Positions 31,373 through 45,876 are shown, counted from the first letter of the stretch. The stretch is DNA of 64,000 bases from an uncultured Verrucomicrobiae bacterium (GCA_963834385.1 CAWIBO010000005.1:608001-672000), one strand, 5' to 3'. Numbers and translations are program-made. The notes: a model not told the origin generated them from the letters alone.

Positions 31373-32191
31373 CTACGCAGCGGCGCCGCAACAAAACTCG
31401 CGCAACAACCGCAGAAAAGCGTCGCTGGCACGCCGGCCGGCCGCCAAGACATGATCGTGGCTCAGGTGTTCGGCCCGGATCCCGGCGGCGAAATTGGTCA
31501 GGCAGGAAAAGCCGGCCACCTCGATCCCAAGCGCGCGCGCCTGGATCGTCTCGAGCACGGTGGACATGCCGACCGCATCGGCGCCAAGCTGCCGCAGCAT
31601 CCGGACCTCAGCCGGCGTCTCGTACTGCGGACCGCGCACCGCGGCGTAAACGCCCTCCGCCAGATCGATCCCCGCCTTCTGCGCCGCGGCGGCAAAGGCC
31701 GACCGAAGCCGCGGCGAGTAGGCCTCCGACATGTCCACAAAACCCCCTTCCCCCTCCAGGGGCGAAACACCGGTGAGATTGAGATGGTCCGTGATCGTCA
31801 TCCAGTCGCCCGGGCGAAAAGTTTCATTCACGATGCCGGCGGCATTGGTCAGGATCAGGCGGCGCACTCCCGCCTCGGCGAGGAAACGGACACCGGCGGT
31901 GGCCTCCCGGGCCGAACGTCCCTCGTAAAGGTGGCAGCGGCCGCAGGCCAGGATCAGGCGGCGGCCTTCCATGGTGACGAGGTGGAACTCGCCCCCATGC
32001 CCGGCCACGGAGGGGCGGGGCAAACCGGGACACTCATCGTATCGGACGCGGTCAACGACGTCGCACTGCTCGACCAGCGCGCTCAGTCCCGAGCCGAGGA
32101 CCACGGCCATTTCCGCCTGCCAGGCGCCCAGCTTTTCCGCAGCCTCCCTCCCCTCGTGCTTCGCGGCGGTGCCGCTGGCCGAGGTCGTCAC
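31373..32191 (-). CDS. punA: Purine-nucleoside phosphorylase (trimeric PNP-I family)
   Basis: VLGSGL, VAGHGG, GRCHLYEG, LTNAAG, GPQYETPAE, AVGMST. Confidence 0.92.
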   Translation of the reverse strand: MTTSASGTAAKHEGREAAEKLGAWQAEMAVVLGSGLSALVEQCDVVDRVRYDECPGLPRPSVAGHGGEFHLVTMEGRRLILACGRCHLYEGRSAREATAGVRFLAEAGVRRLILTNAAGIVNETFRPGDWMTITDHLNLTGVSPLEGEGGFVDMSEAYSPRLRSAFAAAAQKAGIDLAEGVYAAVRGPQYETPAEVRMLRQLGADAVGMSTVLETIQARALGIEVAGFSCLTNFAAGIRAEHLSHDHVLAAGRRASDAFLRLLREFCCGAAA

Positions 32192-33825
32192 GCGGCGGAG
32201 ACAGGCGGCGCTGTCTCCGGTTTGGGAGAGGCGGTTACATCAGGCCGGACCCCGTCATCGCGGCTCCCGGGTGTCTTCGTGTCCGACTTCGGATAGGCGA
32301 TGCGGGTGTGCAACATCGTCATGAGGGTGAAACGGAAACGGTCGGAGACCGTTTTCAATTCCGCGAGGGTCAGATCGCACTCGTCGAGCTGGCCATCGGC
32401 GATGCGCTGCTCGATGAGCTGCGACACGAGTTGCTCGATCTTTTGCGGGGTCGGTTTTTCCAGGCTGCGCGAGGCGCTCTCCACCATGTCGGCCAGGCTG
32501 ATGATGGCGTTCTCTTTCGTTTGCGGTTTCGGCCCGTTGTAGCGGAAATTTTCCTCGCGCACATCCGGGATGTCCTCCTCGCGAATGTTCATGATCTTGC
32601 CGCCGGCCCGCGCGTCCTCCTGCTGCTGCAGGGCGCGCTTGTAGAAGTAATAGACGAGCGAGGTGCCGTGATGCTGCTGGATCACGTCGATGATCTGCTG
32701 GTTGAGCTTGTGCGTCAGCGCCAGGTCGACGCCCTCCTTCACATGCGAGAGAATGATGAGCGCGCTCATGCTCGGCGCCAGCTCATCGTGCGGGTTCCGC
32801 TCGAAGTTCATGTTCTCGGTGAAATACTCCGGTTTCACCAGCTTCCCGACGTCGTGGAAATAGGAGCAGACGCGGCAGAGGGTGGCGTTGGCGCCGATCG
32901 CCTCCGCGGCGGCCTCGGCCAGGTTGGCCACGACCAGGCTGTGGTGATAGGTGCCCGGCGCCTCGATCGTCATGCGGCGCAGCAACGGATGGTTCAGGTC
33001 GGAGGCCTCCAGCCACGAAATGTCGGTCGTGACCTGGAAGGCGTGTTCGAGAATCGGCAGCGCGCCGCCCACGAGGGTGGCGACGACAATGCCGTTGCCG
33101 ATGGCAATGGCGCTCTGCATCCCGATGAGGCCCCAGTTGGTCGCGCCGGGTGAGAAAAGATCAAGCGGCCCGATCAGGCCAAAGGTGAGCGAGAGCAGCC
33201 AGATGGCCACGCCGACACCGAAGCCGGCCCGGACCAGCCGGCTGCGCCGGCGCACCTGCATGGTCAGATAGACCGCGGTGAACCCGCTGATCAGGCCGGT
33301 GACGAGGAGCGGCGCATCAATTTCACCAAAGAGGATGCTGCCCCAGAGACTGACGAAAACGGCGGCGAAAAGAGCGTGGTTGCGCCCGAGGAGCACGCTG
33401 AGGACGAGCGGGGCAAAGGCATAGGGAACGATGAGCGGCGCGAGGTGCGGCTTGAGGAAGCCGACATTGCCGCTGTTCGACATGACCAGGACGAGCTTGG
33501 TTGCGGCGAGCTGGAGCAGGATCAGGCCGAAGACCAGGAAAACGCGGGAGTTGCGCGAGAAGGTGCCGGGCTGGTTCATCCAAAGCTGGGTGACAGCCGT
33601 GACGAAGAAGAGGAGGGAAATGACGAAGTTCTTGGTCGGCTCGGGCTGGTCGCCGCTGAAGATGAGCAGGGCCAGCCCGGCGATGAAGCCGATGAAGATG
33701 ACCCACTTCATGTAGACCGAGTACTCGAAGCTCTGGAGAAGCTCGTTCGAGGCGCGGCGCCGCCGTTTCTTGGGCGAGGCGAGCCCGCGTTTCACCAGGC
33801 GATTGCGTTTGAGGAAGTCGAGCAC
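32188..33825 (-). CDS. 7TM-HDIG phosphohydrolase, PgpH-like
   Basis: Multi-TM region, then EAPGTYHHS, YFHDVGK..PEYFTEN, QHHGT and LADMVESASRS. Confidence 0.9.
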   Translation of the reverse strand: MLDFLKRNRLVKRGLASPKKRRRRASNELLQSFEYSVYMKWVIFIGFIAGLALLIFSGDQPEPTKNFVISLLFFVTAVTQLWMNQPGTFSRNSRVFLVFGLILLQLAATKLVLVMSNSGNVGFLKPHLAPLIVPYAFAPLVLSVLLGRNHALFAAVFVSLWGSILFGEIDAPLLVTGLISGFTAVYLTMQVRRRSRLVRAGFGVGVAIWLLSLTFGLIGPLDLFSPGATNWGLIGMQSAIAIGNGIVVATLVGGALPILEHAFQVTTDISWLEASDLNHPLLRRMTIEAPGTYHHSLVVANLAEAAAEAIGANATLCRVCSYFHDVGKLVKPEYFTENMNFERNPHDELAPSMSALIILSHVKEGVDLALTHKLNQQIIDVIQQHHGTSLVYYFYKRALQQQEDARAGGKIMNIREEDIPDVREENFRYNGPKPQTKENAIISLADMVESASRSLEKPTPQKIEQLVSQLIEQRIADGQLDECDLTLAELKTVSDRFRFTLMTMLHTRIAYPKSDTKTPGSRDDGVRPDVTASPKPETAPPVSAA

Positions 33826-33828
33826 GGT

Positions 33829-34803
33829 TTATTTGCGGCTGCCGGTCGCAGGGGAGCGATGCTGCTGGTAGGCGTTGATAATGGCGCGGACGAGTTCGTG
33901 GCGGACCACATCGCGCTCGCTGAAGTAAATCATGGAAATGTCAGGAACATTTTTCAAGGCCTGAAGCGCCTCGACCAGGCCGGAACGGCGGTTGGCGGGG
34001 AGATCGATCTGGGTGACGTCGCCGGTGACGACGCATTTGGAATTCTGTCCCATGCGGGTAAGGAGCATGAACATCTGCTCCGTGGTGGTGTTCTGGGCCT
34101 CGTCCAGGATGATGAAGGCGTTGCTGAGGGTGCGGCCGCGCATGTAGGCGAGCGGGGCCACCTCGATCGTCTGGCGGGTGATGGCCCGCTCCACTTCCTC
34201 CGGCTCCATCATGTCGCGCAGGGCGTCGTAGAGAGGCCGCAGATAGGGGGTGATCTTCTCCTGGAGATCGCCCGGGAGAAAGCCCAGCGCTTCGCCCGCC
34301 TCCACCGCCGGGCGGGTCAGGACAATGCGGCTGACCTGCTCCTTCTTGAGGGCGGCCACGGCCATGGCCACGGCCAGGTAGGTCTTGCCGGTGCCGGCGG
34401 GGCCGATGCCAAAAACGATGTCGTGCCGGCCGATGGCCTCGAGGTATTGCCGCTGGCCCATGGAGCGCGAAACCACAGGCGGTTTCCGGGGTGAGGTGGA
34501 AATCTTGATGTCCACCACGTCATTGAGATTGTCAGGGCGCGCGGAAGTCACCGAATCGAGGGCATAGTTAAAATCCCGGCGCTGGATGTCGACACCTTTT
34601 TGCCGGGCCTGTTCCAACTGTTGGAAGACCTGCTCCGCCTGGTTGATCCGCGCGGGGTCGCCCTCCAGCCGGACCCATCCTTCGCGGGTGGTGACCTTGA
34701 GCCCCAGCGCATCCTCGAGCGTTTTCAGGAGCCGCAGGTCGCCCGCGTAGAGCGATTCCAGCGCGCGGGCGCTCTCAAATTGCAACGTGCGGGATTCAGC
34801 CAT
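33829..34803 (-). CDS. phoH: PhoH-family ATPase
   Basis: GPAGTGKTYLA, RPAVEAGE.LGFLPGD, PLAYMRGRTL, LDEAQN. Confidence 0.95.
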   Translation of the reverse strand: MAESRTLQFESARALESLYAGDLRLLKTLEDALGLKVTTREGWVRLEGDPARINQAEQVFQQLEQARQKGVDIQRRDFNYALDSVTSARPDNLNDVVDIKISTSPRKPPVVSRSMGQRQYLEAIGRHDIVFGIGPAGTGKTYLAVAMAVAALKKEQVSRIVLTRPAVEAGEALGFLPGDLQEKITPYLRPLYDALRDMMEPEEVERAITRQTIEVAPLAYMRGRTLSNAFIILDEAQNTTTEQMFMLLTRMGQNSKCVVTGDVTQIDLPANRRSGLVEALQALKNVPDISMIYFSERDVVRHELVRAIINAYQQHRSPATGSRK

Positions 34804-34836
34804 TTCCCAGCGCCCGCTCCGGGCGCTGCCTGCCGA

Positions 34837-35286
34837 TCAACGGAAGCCGTAGACGAGCGCCCAGTGCGTCCGTTCTTCCGGCGATTCCTCCACGGAGACG
34901 ATGATGAAATAGCTCCCGGTGGCGGGAGGAATGACATGGGCCCCGGCAAAGTGCCCTTTCTGCCAGCTATCCGGTTGTTCCACCAGCTGGCCCTCGGAGT
35001 CGTAGACGTGGACGGAGACCTTGGCCTTCTCGATCTCGGAGCCGAGCCAGAACCAGTACTCGTTCCCCTTGAACAATTGCTGGCGGACGGCCTTTTTCTC
35101 ACCGGCAGCCAGGTCGCCGCCCCAGTAATCCTCGCGGACCTGGAACCCTTCCTTGACGTAAGGCTCGGCCGCCTGGAGCGCGAAGGATTGCGCGTCATCG
35201 ACGGAACCGCGCACGCTCAAGGCGAGCAGGCAGCAGAAAACGCCGGCCAGGAAGACCGCGCGATGATCGGTAAAACGTTTGAACAT
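34837..35286 (-). CDS. Hypothetical exported beta-rich protein
   Basis: Signal-peptide-like N-terminus; lies in an operon on the minus strand. Confidence 0.75.
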   Translation of the reverse strand: MFKRFTDHRAVFLAGVFCCLLALSVRGSVDDAQSFALQAAEPYVKEGFQVREDYWGGDLAAGEKKAVRQQLFKGNEYWFWLGSEIEKAKVSVHVYDSEGQLVEQPDSWQKGHFAGAHVIPPATGSYFIIVSVEESPEERTHWALVYGFR

Positions 35287-35291
35287 GGGGC

Positions 35292-36095
35292 TCAGGGACT
35301 TTTACGGACGATGGCCTGGTCAAGGCGCGTCGTGATAACGTTGATCCGCTTGACGGACTCGGGCGAAATGGTGGAGGGACCGCCCTCGATCAGCGGTCGC
35401 ACCTCGCCGAGCGCGGCTTGGATGTCCTGGAGAAGCTTCATATTATACTCCGGCATCCCCTGGAGCTTCTCCTCGAAATAGGTGAGCAGATCGGGCTGGT
35501 GCAACAATTCCGCCCCCTCGGCGGAGAAGCGCTTGGAAACGACGGAAGTCAGCACCTCGGTCCCGCGGAGCCAGCCGCCGAGGCTGACCAGTTGGGAGAG
35601 TTTCTGGTCGCGCACTTCGTTCATCGCATTCTGGACACTGTTCTGCGTGCGATCGAGTTCGCGGCGCACCACGGCCCAGTTCCGTTTGTCGGCCGCCTCG
35701 GTGATGGCCTTGGCGTGCGGCGTAATGGAATTGCCCACACCGATCCCCTTGGAAAGGTTCAGGACGCGCTGCCCGATGTCCTTCACCGCCGGGGCGTCCT
35801 CCGCCTCCACCGCGATAAAGCCATCGGCAATCACGGTCCCGAGGAGAAGGGCAATGCGGGGGCGCTCCGTGAAATTGCTCCCTTTCTCCGTGCGCACGTG
35901 CTCCTTCCAGTTGACCCCCCCGAGTTTGTCGAGCGCGCCGAAGACTTCATTGGGCAGGGGCACCAGGACCTCGTCCACCGTGGTGGCAAGTTCGCGCACG
36001 TTGACGCTGCGGGGCGCCTCGGCCCCGTGCGCGGTTAGAACCATGGCGGCCAGGAGACCGCCGCCGGCCCGGGAAAGAAAGGAGGGTAAAAGCAT
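35292..36095 (-). CDS. Hypothetical exported helical protein
   Basis: Signal-peptide-like N-terminus; 5-bp gap to the next gene. Confidence 0.75.
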   Translation of the reverse strand: MLLPSFLSRAGGGLLAAMVLTAHGAEAPRSVNVRELATTVDEVLVPLPNEVFGALDKLGGVNWKEHVRTEKGSNFTERPRIALLLGTVIADGFIAVEAEDAPAVKDIGQRVLNLSKGIGVGNSITPHAKAITEAADKRNWAVVRRELDRTQNSVQNAMNEVRDQKLSQLVSLGGWLRGTEVLTSVVSKRFSAEGAELLHQPDLLTYFEEKLQGMPEYNMKLLQDIQAALGEVRPLIEGGPSTISPESVKRINVITTRLDQAIVRKSP

Positions 36096-36243
36096 CAGGA
36101 ATCTTCGACTGTTGATTTCGGGGTGGTATTCAGGATTAATTCCGAGACCTTAACCAGAACTTTCACCTCGCACAAATCGCCGTCTCTCTTCCTTTGATAC
36201 TTCTTCTTCGCAGTAACGGCCCCCGGCGGAGGCACCTATTTTC

Positions 36244-37254
36244 ATGACGCCCGGGCGTTTGGATGAAATTTTGGCGGCCGCCTCCGCCCGCCGCCTCCTC
36301 GTTCTGGGCGACCTGATGCTCGATGAATTTGTCTGGGGCAAGGTCGGCCGGATCTCTCCCGAGGCCCCCGTCCCAGTGGTGGAGGTGACCGGGGAAAGCC
36401 TGTATCCGGGCGGGGCGGCCAATGTCGCGCGCAACCTGCGTGAGTTTGCCGGAAAGGTGGAGGTCATCGGCATGATCGGTCCCGACCGGGGCGGCCGGCA
36501 GTTGCGCGAACTTTTGGCCGAACGCCAGATCGGGACCGGCTCCATTTTCGAGGCGCCCGGGTTTCCCACCATCGTCAAAACGCGCATCATTGCGCGCCAG
36601 CAGCAGGTGGTGCGGGTCGATCGCGAACAGGTCCGCGCGCCCGACGCCGGGCAGGTGGCCACGGTGACTGCCCGGGTGCGCGCGCTCCTCCCGGAGATTG
36701 ATGCCGTGATTTTTGAGGATTACGGGAAGGGTTTCCTGAGCCAGGACCTGGTCAACGCCATCACGCAGGAGGCGCGCGCCGCCGGCAAGACCGTCACGGC
36801 GGATCCCAGCCCGCGGCACCTGGTCGACTGGAGCGGGGTGACCGCGGTGAAACCGAACCGGCTCGAGGCGTTTCACGCCGCGGGTGTGCTTTTGACTGAT
36901 CCGGCGGACTCAGCCCTGGAGGACCGGCCGCTCCTCGAGGTGGGCGCACGGCTGCTGGAGAAATGGAAAGTCGGCATGCTCCTGGTAACGCTCGGTGAAC
37001 AGGGCATGATGCTCTTCCGCGCCGACGCGCCGCCTCACCATGTGCCCACCCGGGCGCGGCAGGTCTTTGACGTTTCCGGCGCGGGCGATACCGCCATCGC
37101 CCTTTTCACCCTCGCCCTTTCGGCCGGGGCCGCGCCGGAGGAGGCCGCTGAAATCGCCAATCACGCCAGCGCCGTGGTGGTGGCGAAACTCGGCACGGCC
37201 ACGGTCAGCCCGGAGGAGTTGCGCGCCAGTTTCGCCGATGACGGCCCCGGATAA
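36244..37254 (+). CDS. rfaE1: D-glycero-beta-D-manno-heptose-7-phosphate kinase (RfaE domain I)
   Basis: GDLMLDEF..RISPEAPVPVV, GGAANVA, DYGKG, DVSGAGDT. Confidence 0.93.
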   Translation: MTPGRLDEILAAASARRLLVLGDLMLDEFVWGKVGRISPEAPVPVVEVTGESLYPGGAANVARNLREFAGKVEVIGMIGPDRGGRQLRELLAERQIGTGSIFEAPGFPTIVKTRIIARQQQVVRVDREQVRAPDAGQVATVTARVRALLPEIDAVIFEDYGKGFLSQDLVNAITQEARAAGKTVTADPSPRHLVDWSGVTAVKPNRLEAFHAAGVLLTDPADSALEDRPLLEVGARLLEKWKVGMLLVTLGEQGMMLFRADAPPHHVPTRARQVFDVSGAGDTAIALFTLALSAGAAPEEAAEIANHASAVVVAKLGTATVSPEELRASFADDGPG

Positions 37255-37779
37255 CCTCGTGCCGGCGGTCTTTTTCGATCGCGACGGCACCATCATGCGC
37301 GACGTGAATTATTGTCGCGATCCGGAGGAAGTGGAGGTGTTCCCCGGCGTGGCCTCCGCCCTCCTCCGACTGCGCGAGCAGGGATTCAAGCTCCTCATGG
37401 TGACAAACCAAAGCGGAATCGGGCGCGGCTATTTCTCGCGCGAGGAATATGACAAGGTCCACGCCGAGGTGATCCGGCAGCTGGGAGCAGGCGCGCCGGA
37501 CGCCACGTATGTCTGCCCCGACCCGCCCGGGGTGGCCTCGCTTTGCCGCAAGCCGGCCCCGGGCATGGTCCTGCAGGGCGCGCGCGAGCACCGGACAAAT
37601 CCGGCGCGTTCTGTTTTTGTCGGGGACAAGGAAATCGACGTGCACTGCGGCCATAACGCCGGGATCAAGGCGATCCGCGTCCAAACCGGGTTCGAGACGA
37701 ACACGGCTGACAGTTCCGCCGACTGGATCGCGGAGGATTTCGTGGCCGCGGCCGCGATCATTCTGCGGGAGTTTCCGGT

Positions 37780-37783
<4 letters not shown>
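37238..37783 (+). CDS. gmhB: Heptose-1,7-bisphosphate phosphatase (HAD IIIA)
   Basis: FDRDGT, VTNQSGIGRG, CRKPAPGM, VGDKEID. Confidence 0.9.
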
Positions 37784-41110
<3,327 letters not shown>

Positions 41111-41129
<19 letters not shown>

Positions 41130-42250
41130 AACGCGTCGCGGGCTTTCGTCACCGCCGCGAGGGCCTCGTCGGCCGACTCTCCGAGGCAGGTGAGATGCCC
41201 CATTTTGCGCCGCGGCCGCGGCTCATGCTTGCCGTAGAGATGGAGGTGAACGCCCGGAACCGCCAGCGCCTCGGTCCAGGGTGGCTCGCCGTCGCGCCAG
41301 ACTTCGCCCAGGATGTTCGCCATGGCGGTGGGACGCAGCAGCGTTGTCGGCCCGAGCGGCAATCCGCAAACCGCGCGCAGTTGCTGTTCAAACTGGCTGG
41401 TCGCGCAGCCTTCGATGCTCCAATGCCCGGAATTATGCGGGCGCGGGGCCAGTTCGTTCACCAGCAGGCCGCCTTTTTTGTCGAGAAACATTTCCACCGC
41501 GAGGAGCCCGATGAGGTCCATTTTCTCGGCCAGGTCCCGCGCCAGTTCCCCGGCCGCCGCCGCCACCTCCGGTCCGACCCGCGCGGGCACGACGGTGAAA
41601 TCGAGGATGTGGTTCCGGTGGATGTTCTCGGCCAGCGGAAAGACAGCGCACTCCCCGGAGGGTCCGCGGGCCACGATGACCGAGAGTTCCTTCGAGAAAT
41701 CAATCGCCTTTTCCAGGATCAACTCGTCGCCGGTGCGGGCCTCCCAGATTTCGCCCGCCTCCCCGCCGCGGATCATTTGCTGGCCTTTGCCATCGTAGCC
41801 CCAAGCCGCCGTTTTCAGGATGGCCGGGCGACCAATGGCATCAAGGGCGTTGTCCAGTTCGACCTCGCTCCGGACCGCGCGAAACGGCGCCACCGGGAAG
41901 CCGTTGCCGGAAAGGAACGTTTTTTCCGACAGGCGATGTTGGGTCGTGGCGAGCAACTCTCCCGCAGGCCGCACCGGACAATGCCCGGCGCACCAGCGCA
42001 CGGTCTCCGCCGGGATGTTCTCGAACTCGAAGGTCATCACGTCGAGGTCACGCGCGAACCGGTCCACCGCCCCTTCGTTCAGGTAATCTGCGATCACGGC
42101 GTGATCGGCGAACTGTTCCGCCGGTCCGTTCTGTTCCGGCGTGAAAATGTGCACCCGGTAACCCATCCGCCGCGCCGCCACGGCAAACATGCGACCGAGC
42201 TGGCCGCCTCCCATCACCCCGACGGTGCTCCCCGGCCCGATCGGCGTCAT
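41111..42250 (-). CDS. purK: N5-CAIR synthase
   Basis: [39 protein letters not shown]. Confidence 0.96.
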
Positions 42251-42744
42251 GGTTTCCGCTGCGCGAGCACGGCCTCGGTCTGGGCCCGCCGGAACGCTTC
42301 CACCCGGCCCTGCACCGCCTTGTCCCCCAGCCCGATGATGCTCGCGGCCAGCAGCGCCGCATTCTTCGCCCCGGCCACCCCAATCGCCAGCGTCCCCACC
42401 GGCACGCCCGCCGGCATTTGGGCAATCGAAAGCAGCGAATCCATCCCGCTTAGGGCATGGGACTGCACCGGCACACCCAGCACCGGCAGCCAGGTATGCG
42501 CCGCCACCATCCCGGGCAGGTGCGCCGCGCCCCCCGCCCCCGCGATGATCACCCGCAGCCCCCGGCCGGCCGCGCCGCGCGCGAAGTCGGCCATCAACTC
42601 CGGGGTGCGATGCGCCGAGACAATCTGATGCTCGGCCGCCACCCCCAGTTCCCCCAGGAGCTCGACCGCGTGGCGCATCGTTTCCCAGTCGGATTTACTG
42701 CCCATGATCACGGCCACCAGCGGAGAGACGTCGGAATCAGCCAT
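42247..42744 (-). CDS. purE: N5-CAIR mutase
   Basis: [31 protein letters not shown]. Confidence 0.97.
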   Translation of the reverse strand: MADSDVSPLVAVIMGSKSDWETMRHAVELLGELGVAAEHQIVSAHRTPELMADFARGAAGRGLRVIIAGAGGAAHLPGMVAAHTWLPVLGVPVQSHALSGMDSLLSIAQMPAGVPVGTLAIGVAGAKNAALLAASIIGLGDKAVQGRVEAFRRAQTEAVLAQRKP

Positions 42745-42829
42745 CGCCTAAGCAGTTTCGCAGGGGCGCACCCTTGTAAAGTCCTTTCGCCGGCTTTTCA
42801 GGTCCGGCGCCCCCCGTTACAATCGGGGC

Positions 42830-43348
42830 GTGACCGGGCCGGCCATCATCCTTATCGGCTTCATGGGCACGGGAAAATCGTCCGTGGGCGCGGCCCTGGC
42901 CCGCAAAACAGAGCTGCCCGTGTTCGATACCGACGCCATCATCGTGGCCAAGTTCCAGACGCCCATCACCCACGTCTTCGAGCGACTCGGGGCCGAGGGC
43001 TTTCGCGATGAGGAAACGCTGGCCCTGAACACCATTCCCAAAGTGCCCGGCATCGTCATCACCGGAGGCGGCAGCGTTTTGCGGCCTCAAAATGTCGAGG
43101 TGCTGAAAAAACTGGGACGCCTCGCCTGGTTGCGGGCGAGTGAGGAGACGGTTTACCACCGCATCGCCGGGCGCGACGATCGGCCGCTCCTCCAGGGGCC
43201 CGATCCGCGCCGACGCGTGGCCGAGTTGATGGAGAAACGAGAGGAAGTCTACCGCCGTGCGGCCGATCTCGTCTTCGAGACGGACGATCTTTCCCCCGAC
43301 CAGATCGCCGATTTGATCCTGGAACAACTTTCGCCCGGCCGCGAGTGA
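42830..43348 (+). CDS. aroK: Shikimate kinase
   Basis: GFMGTGKS, DTD, FRDEE, TGGG, RPLL. Confidence 0.93.
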   Translation: MTGPAIILIGFMGTGKSSVGAALARKTELPVFDTDAIIVAKFQTPITHVFERLGAEGFRDEETLALNTIPKVPGIVITGGGSVLRPQNVEVLKKLGRLAWLRASEETVYHRIAGRDDRPLLQGPDPRRRVAELMEKREEVYRRAADLVFETDDLSPDQIADLILEQLSPGRE

Positions 43349-44442
43349 GGCGACCTTGGCCGGTGACTGCCGCGCCCCCCACGACCAGCCTGCCTAAGCA
43401 GGAGATTATTTCGCGCGCGCTCGAGCTTGGGTTCAGTGCCTGCCGCATCACGGCTTGCACCGCACCGGCGCACGCCCGGGAATTCCGCGAATGGCTCGCG
43501 GCCGGGGCCGCCGGGGAGATGACCTGGATGGAACGGGGCGCCGACAAACGCTGCGACCCGCAATCGGTCCTGCCGGGCGCCCGGTCGGTCATCGTTCTTG
43601 CCCTCAATTATTGGCAGGGACCGAGCCGACGCCGGGTCCCTGGCCGGATCGCCCGCTACGCCTGGGGCGACGATTATCACGGGCTCATCGAGAAGAAGCT
43701 GGAGCAGCTCGATCTCTTCCTGCGGGAGAATGGCGGCACCCAAAAATGCTACGTCGATACCGGCCCCGTCCTGGAACGCGATTTCGCCGCCGCCGCCGGT
43801 CTCGGCTGGCAGGGGAAAAGCACCATGCTTCTCGAGCAAAAGCTCGGGACCTGGTTTTTTCTCGCGGCAATTTTGACCACCCTTCCCCTGCCGCCCGATC
43901 CCCCGCAGGTCGGACGCTGTGGCAGTTGCACGCGCTGCGTCACTGCCTGCCCCACCGGGGCCATCACCGCTCCTTACCGGCTCGATGCCCGCCGCTGCAT
44001 TTCTTATCTGACCATTGAGTTGAAGGGGCCGGTCCCGCTGGAACTCCGCCCGCTCATGGGCGATCGCATTTTCGGCTGTGACGATTGCCTCGACGCCTGC
44101 CCGTGGAACCGCTTCGCCAGGGCCTCGCAGGAATCCGCCTTTGCCCTGCGACCCGCTCTGGCCGAGACGCCCCTCCGCGATTTTCTACGCCTCGACGAGG
44201 AGGAGTTCCGCCGGATTTTCGCCCGGTCGCCCATCAAGCGCATCAAGCGGCGCGGCTTTCTCCGGAACGTCTGCATTGCCCTTGGGAATGTCGGCACGGC
44301 GGCGGACCTCCCTGCCCTGGCCCGGGCGGCGGACGATCCGGAACCGCTGATTGCCGAGCACGCTCGCTGGGCCACCGGGCAGATTCGCGCCCGTCAGGCC
44401 GGGAGCGCCCCGGCCTTGCCAGCCTCCCCAAGGACGGCTTGA
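43345..44442 (+). CDS. queG: Epoxyqueuosine reductase
   Basis: RYAWGDDYH, DTGPVLER, CGSCTRC..CPT, CISYLTIE, GCDDCLDACPWN. Start could be 43363. Confidence 0.94.
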   Translation: MRRPWPVTAAPPTTSLPKQEIISRALELGFSACRITACTAPAHAREFREWLAAGAAGEMTWMERGADKRCDPQSVLPGARSVIVLALNYWQGPSRRRVPGRIARYAWGDDYHGLIEKKLEQLDLFLRENGGTQKCYVDTGPVLERDFAAAAGLGWQGKSTMLLEQKLGTWFFLAAILTTLPLPPDPPQVGRCGSCTRCVTACPTGAITAPYRLDARRCISYLTIELKGPVPLELRPLMGDRIFGCDDCLDACPWNRFARASQESAFALRPALAETPLRDFLRLDEEEFRRIFARSPIKRIKRRGFLRNVCIALGNVGTAADLPALARAADDPEPLIAEHARWATGQIRARQAGSAPALPASPRTA

Positions 44443-44514
44443 TTTAATCTGAACGGCTTTTCCTTTGCATCGGTCGAAGGAGTCGCTATCCCTAGCGCCG
44501 TTCCCCTTCCCCCG

Positions 44515-45876
44515 ATGCATCAGACCGCTGTCCCCCAGGAGCCCCCCGCTAAAACTGCCCGAAAAAAGAGCCGCTGGACCCGGAAGCGCCTTTTTATCGT
44601 CGGCGGAGGCGTGGCCGCACTTCTCCTCGTGCTCGCCATCTTTTCCGGCAAAGGCGAAAAACCAATCCCGGTGACCACGGAGAAGGCGGAACGGCGCACC
44701 ATCGTGCAGACCGTTTCCGCCACGGGCAAGGTCCAGCCTGAAATCGAGGTAAAGATCTCGCCGGAAGTGGCGGGCGAAATCATTGAACTCCCGGTGGAAG
44801 ACGGCAAGGAAGTGAAAAAGGGAGAATTGCTCCTCCGGATCAAACCCGATTCCTACCGGGCGCTGCTGGAGCAGCAGCAGGCCGCCATCAGCGGCGCGAA
44901 GGCCATGAACCTGCAGGCAAAGGCTTCGATGCTTCAGGAGGAACAGGATCTGAAGCGGGCCCAGGACCTCTTCAACAAGAAGCTGATCTCCGATTCCGAG
45001 TTCGTCGCGGCGCGCACCGCCTTTGACGTGGCGAAATCGACCTTTGAAAGCTCCCGGCACGAGATTGAGCGGGCGGAGGCGGCCTCCAGCCAGGCGCGCG
45101 ACCAGCTTTCCAAGACCACCATTTATTCGCCGATGGACGGCACCGTGACCAAGCTCGACAGCAAACTGGGCGAGCGCGTGGTGGCGACGAACCAGTTCGC
45201 CGGAACCGAGGTAATGCGCGTGGCGGACCTCGCCCAAATGCAGGCGGTGGTTGACGCGAACGAAAACGACGTGGTCAAGGTCAAGATCGGGGACAAGGCG
45301 ACGGTGACGATCGATGCCTACGGCGACCGGAAGTTCACCGGCGAGGTGCAGCAGATCGCCAATACCGGCAGCACGACCAAGGAAGGGACCCAGGAGGAGG
45401 TGACCAATTTCGAGGTCAAGATTCGCCTGCGGGAACCGGGCCTGAAACTGCGGCCCGGCCTCAGTTGCACCGCCGAGATCGAGACGAACATGGCCCGCGA
45501 CGTCGTCTCGGTCCCGCTCCAGGCCGTCACCATCCGGACAAACGACTCGAAGCTGAGCCCGGAAGAGGAAGAGAAGAAAAAACGGGCGGCGAGCGCGCGT
45601 GACAAGGACGATCTGACCGCGGAGACGATCAACGAAACCCAGCAGCGCCGGGCGCAGCGCGAGGAGCGCGAGAAGCTAAGCAAGGTTGTTTTCCTCAAGG
45701 AGGGCGACAAGGCGGTCCTGAAAAAGGTCGAGACCGGCATCGCCAACGACGCCTACATGGAAATCAAGAGCGGGCTGAACCCGGGCGACCTGGTGATCTC
45801 CGGAAGTTACAGCGCCGTCTCGCGCAAACTGAAGGATGGCGCCGACGTGACCATGGAAAAGGAGGCCGGCAAATAA
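44515..45876 (+). CDS. Periplasmic adaptor (membrane fusion protein), MacA-like
   Basis: N-terminal TM, ATGKVQP, VKKGELL, hairpin coiled coil, IYSPMDGTV. Confidence 0.92.
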   Translation: MHQTAVPQEPPAKTARKKSRWTRKRLFIVGGGVAALLLVLAIFSGKGEKPIPVTTEKAERRTIVQTVSATGKVQPEIEVKISPEVAGEIIELPVEDGKEVKKGELLLRIKPDSYRALLEQQQAAISGAKAMNLQAKASMLQEEQDLKRAQDLFNKKLISDSEFVAARTAFDVAKSTFESSRHEIERAEAASSQARDQLSKTTIYSPMDGTVTKLDSKLGERVVATNQFAGTEVMRVADLAQMQAVVDANENDVVKVKIGDKATVTIDAYGDRKFTGEVQQIANTGSTTKEGTQEEVTNFEVKIRLREPGLKLRPGLSCTAEIETNMARDVVSVPLQAVTIRTNDSKLSPEEEEKKKRAASARDKDDLTAETINETQQRRAQREEREKLSKVVFLKEGDKAVLKKVETGIANDAYMEIKSGLNPGDLVISGSYSAVSRKLKDGADVTMEKEAGK

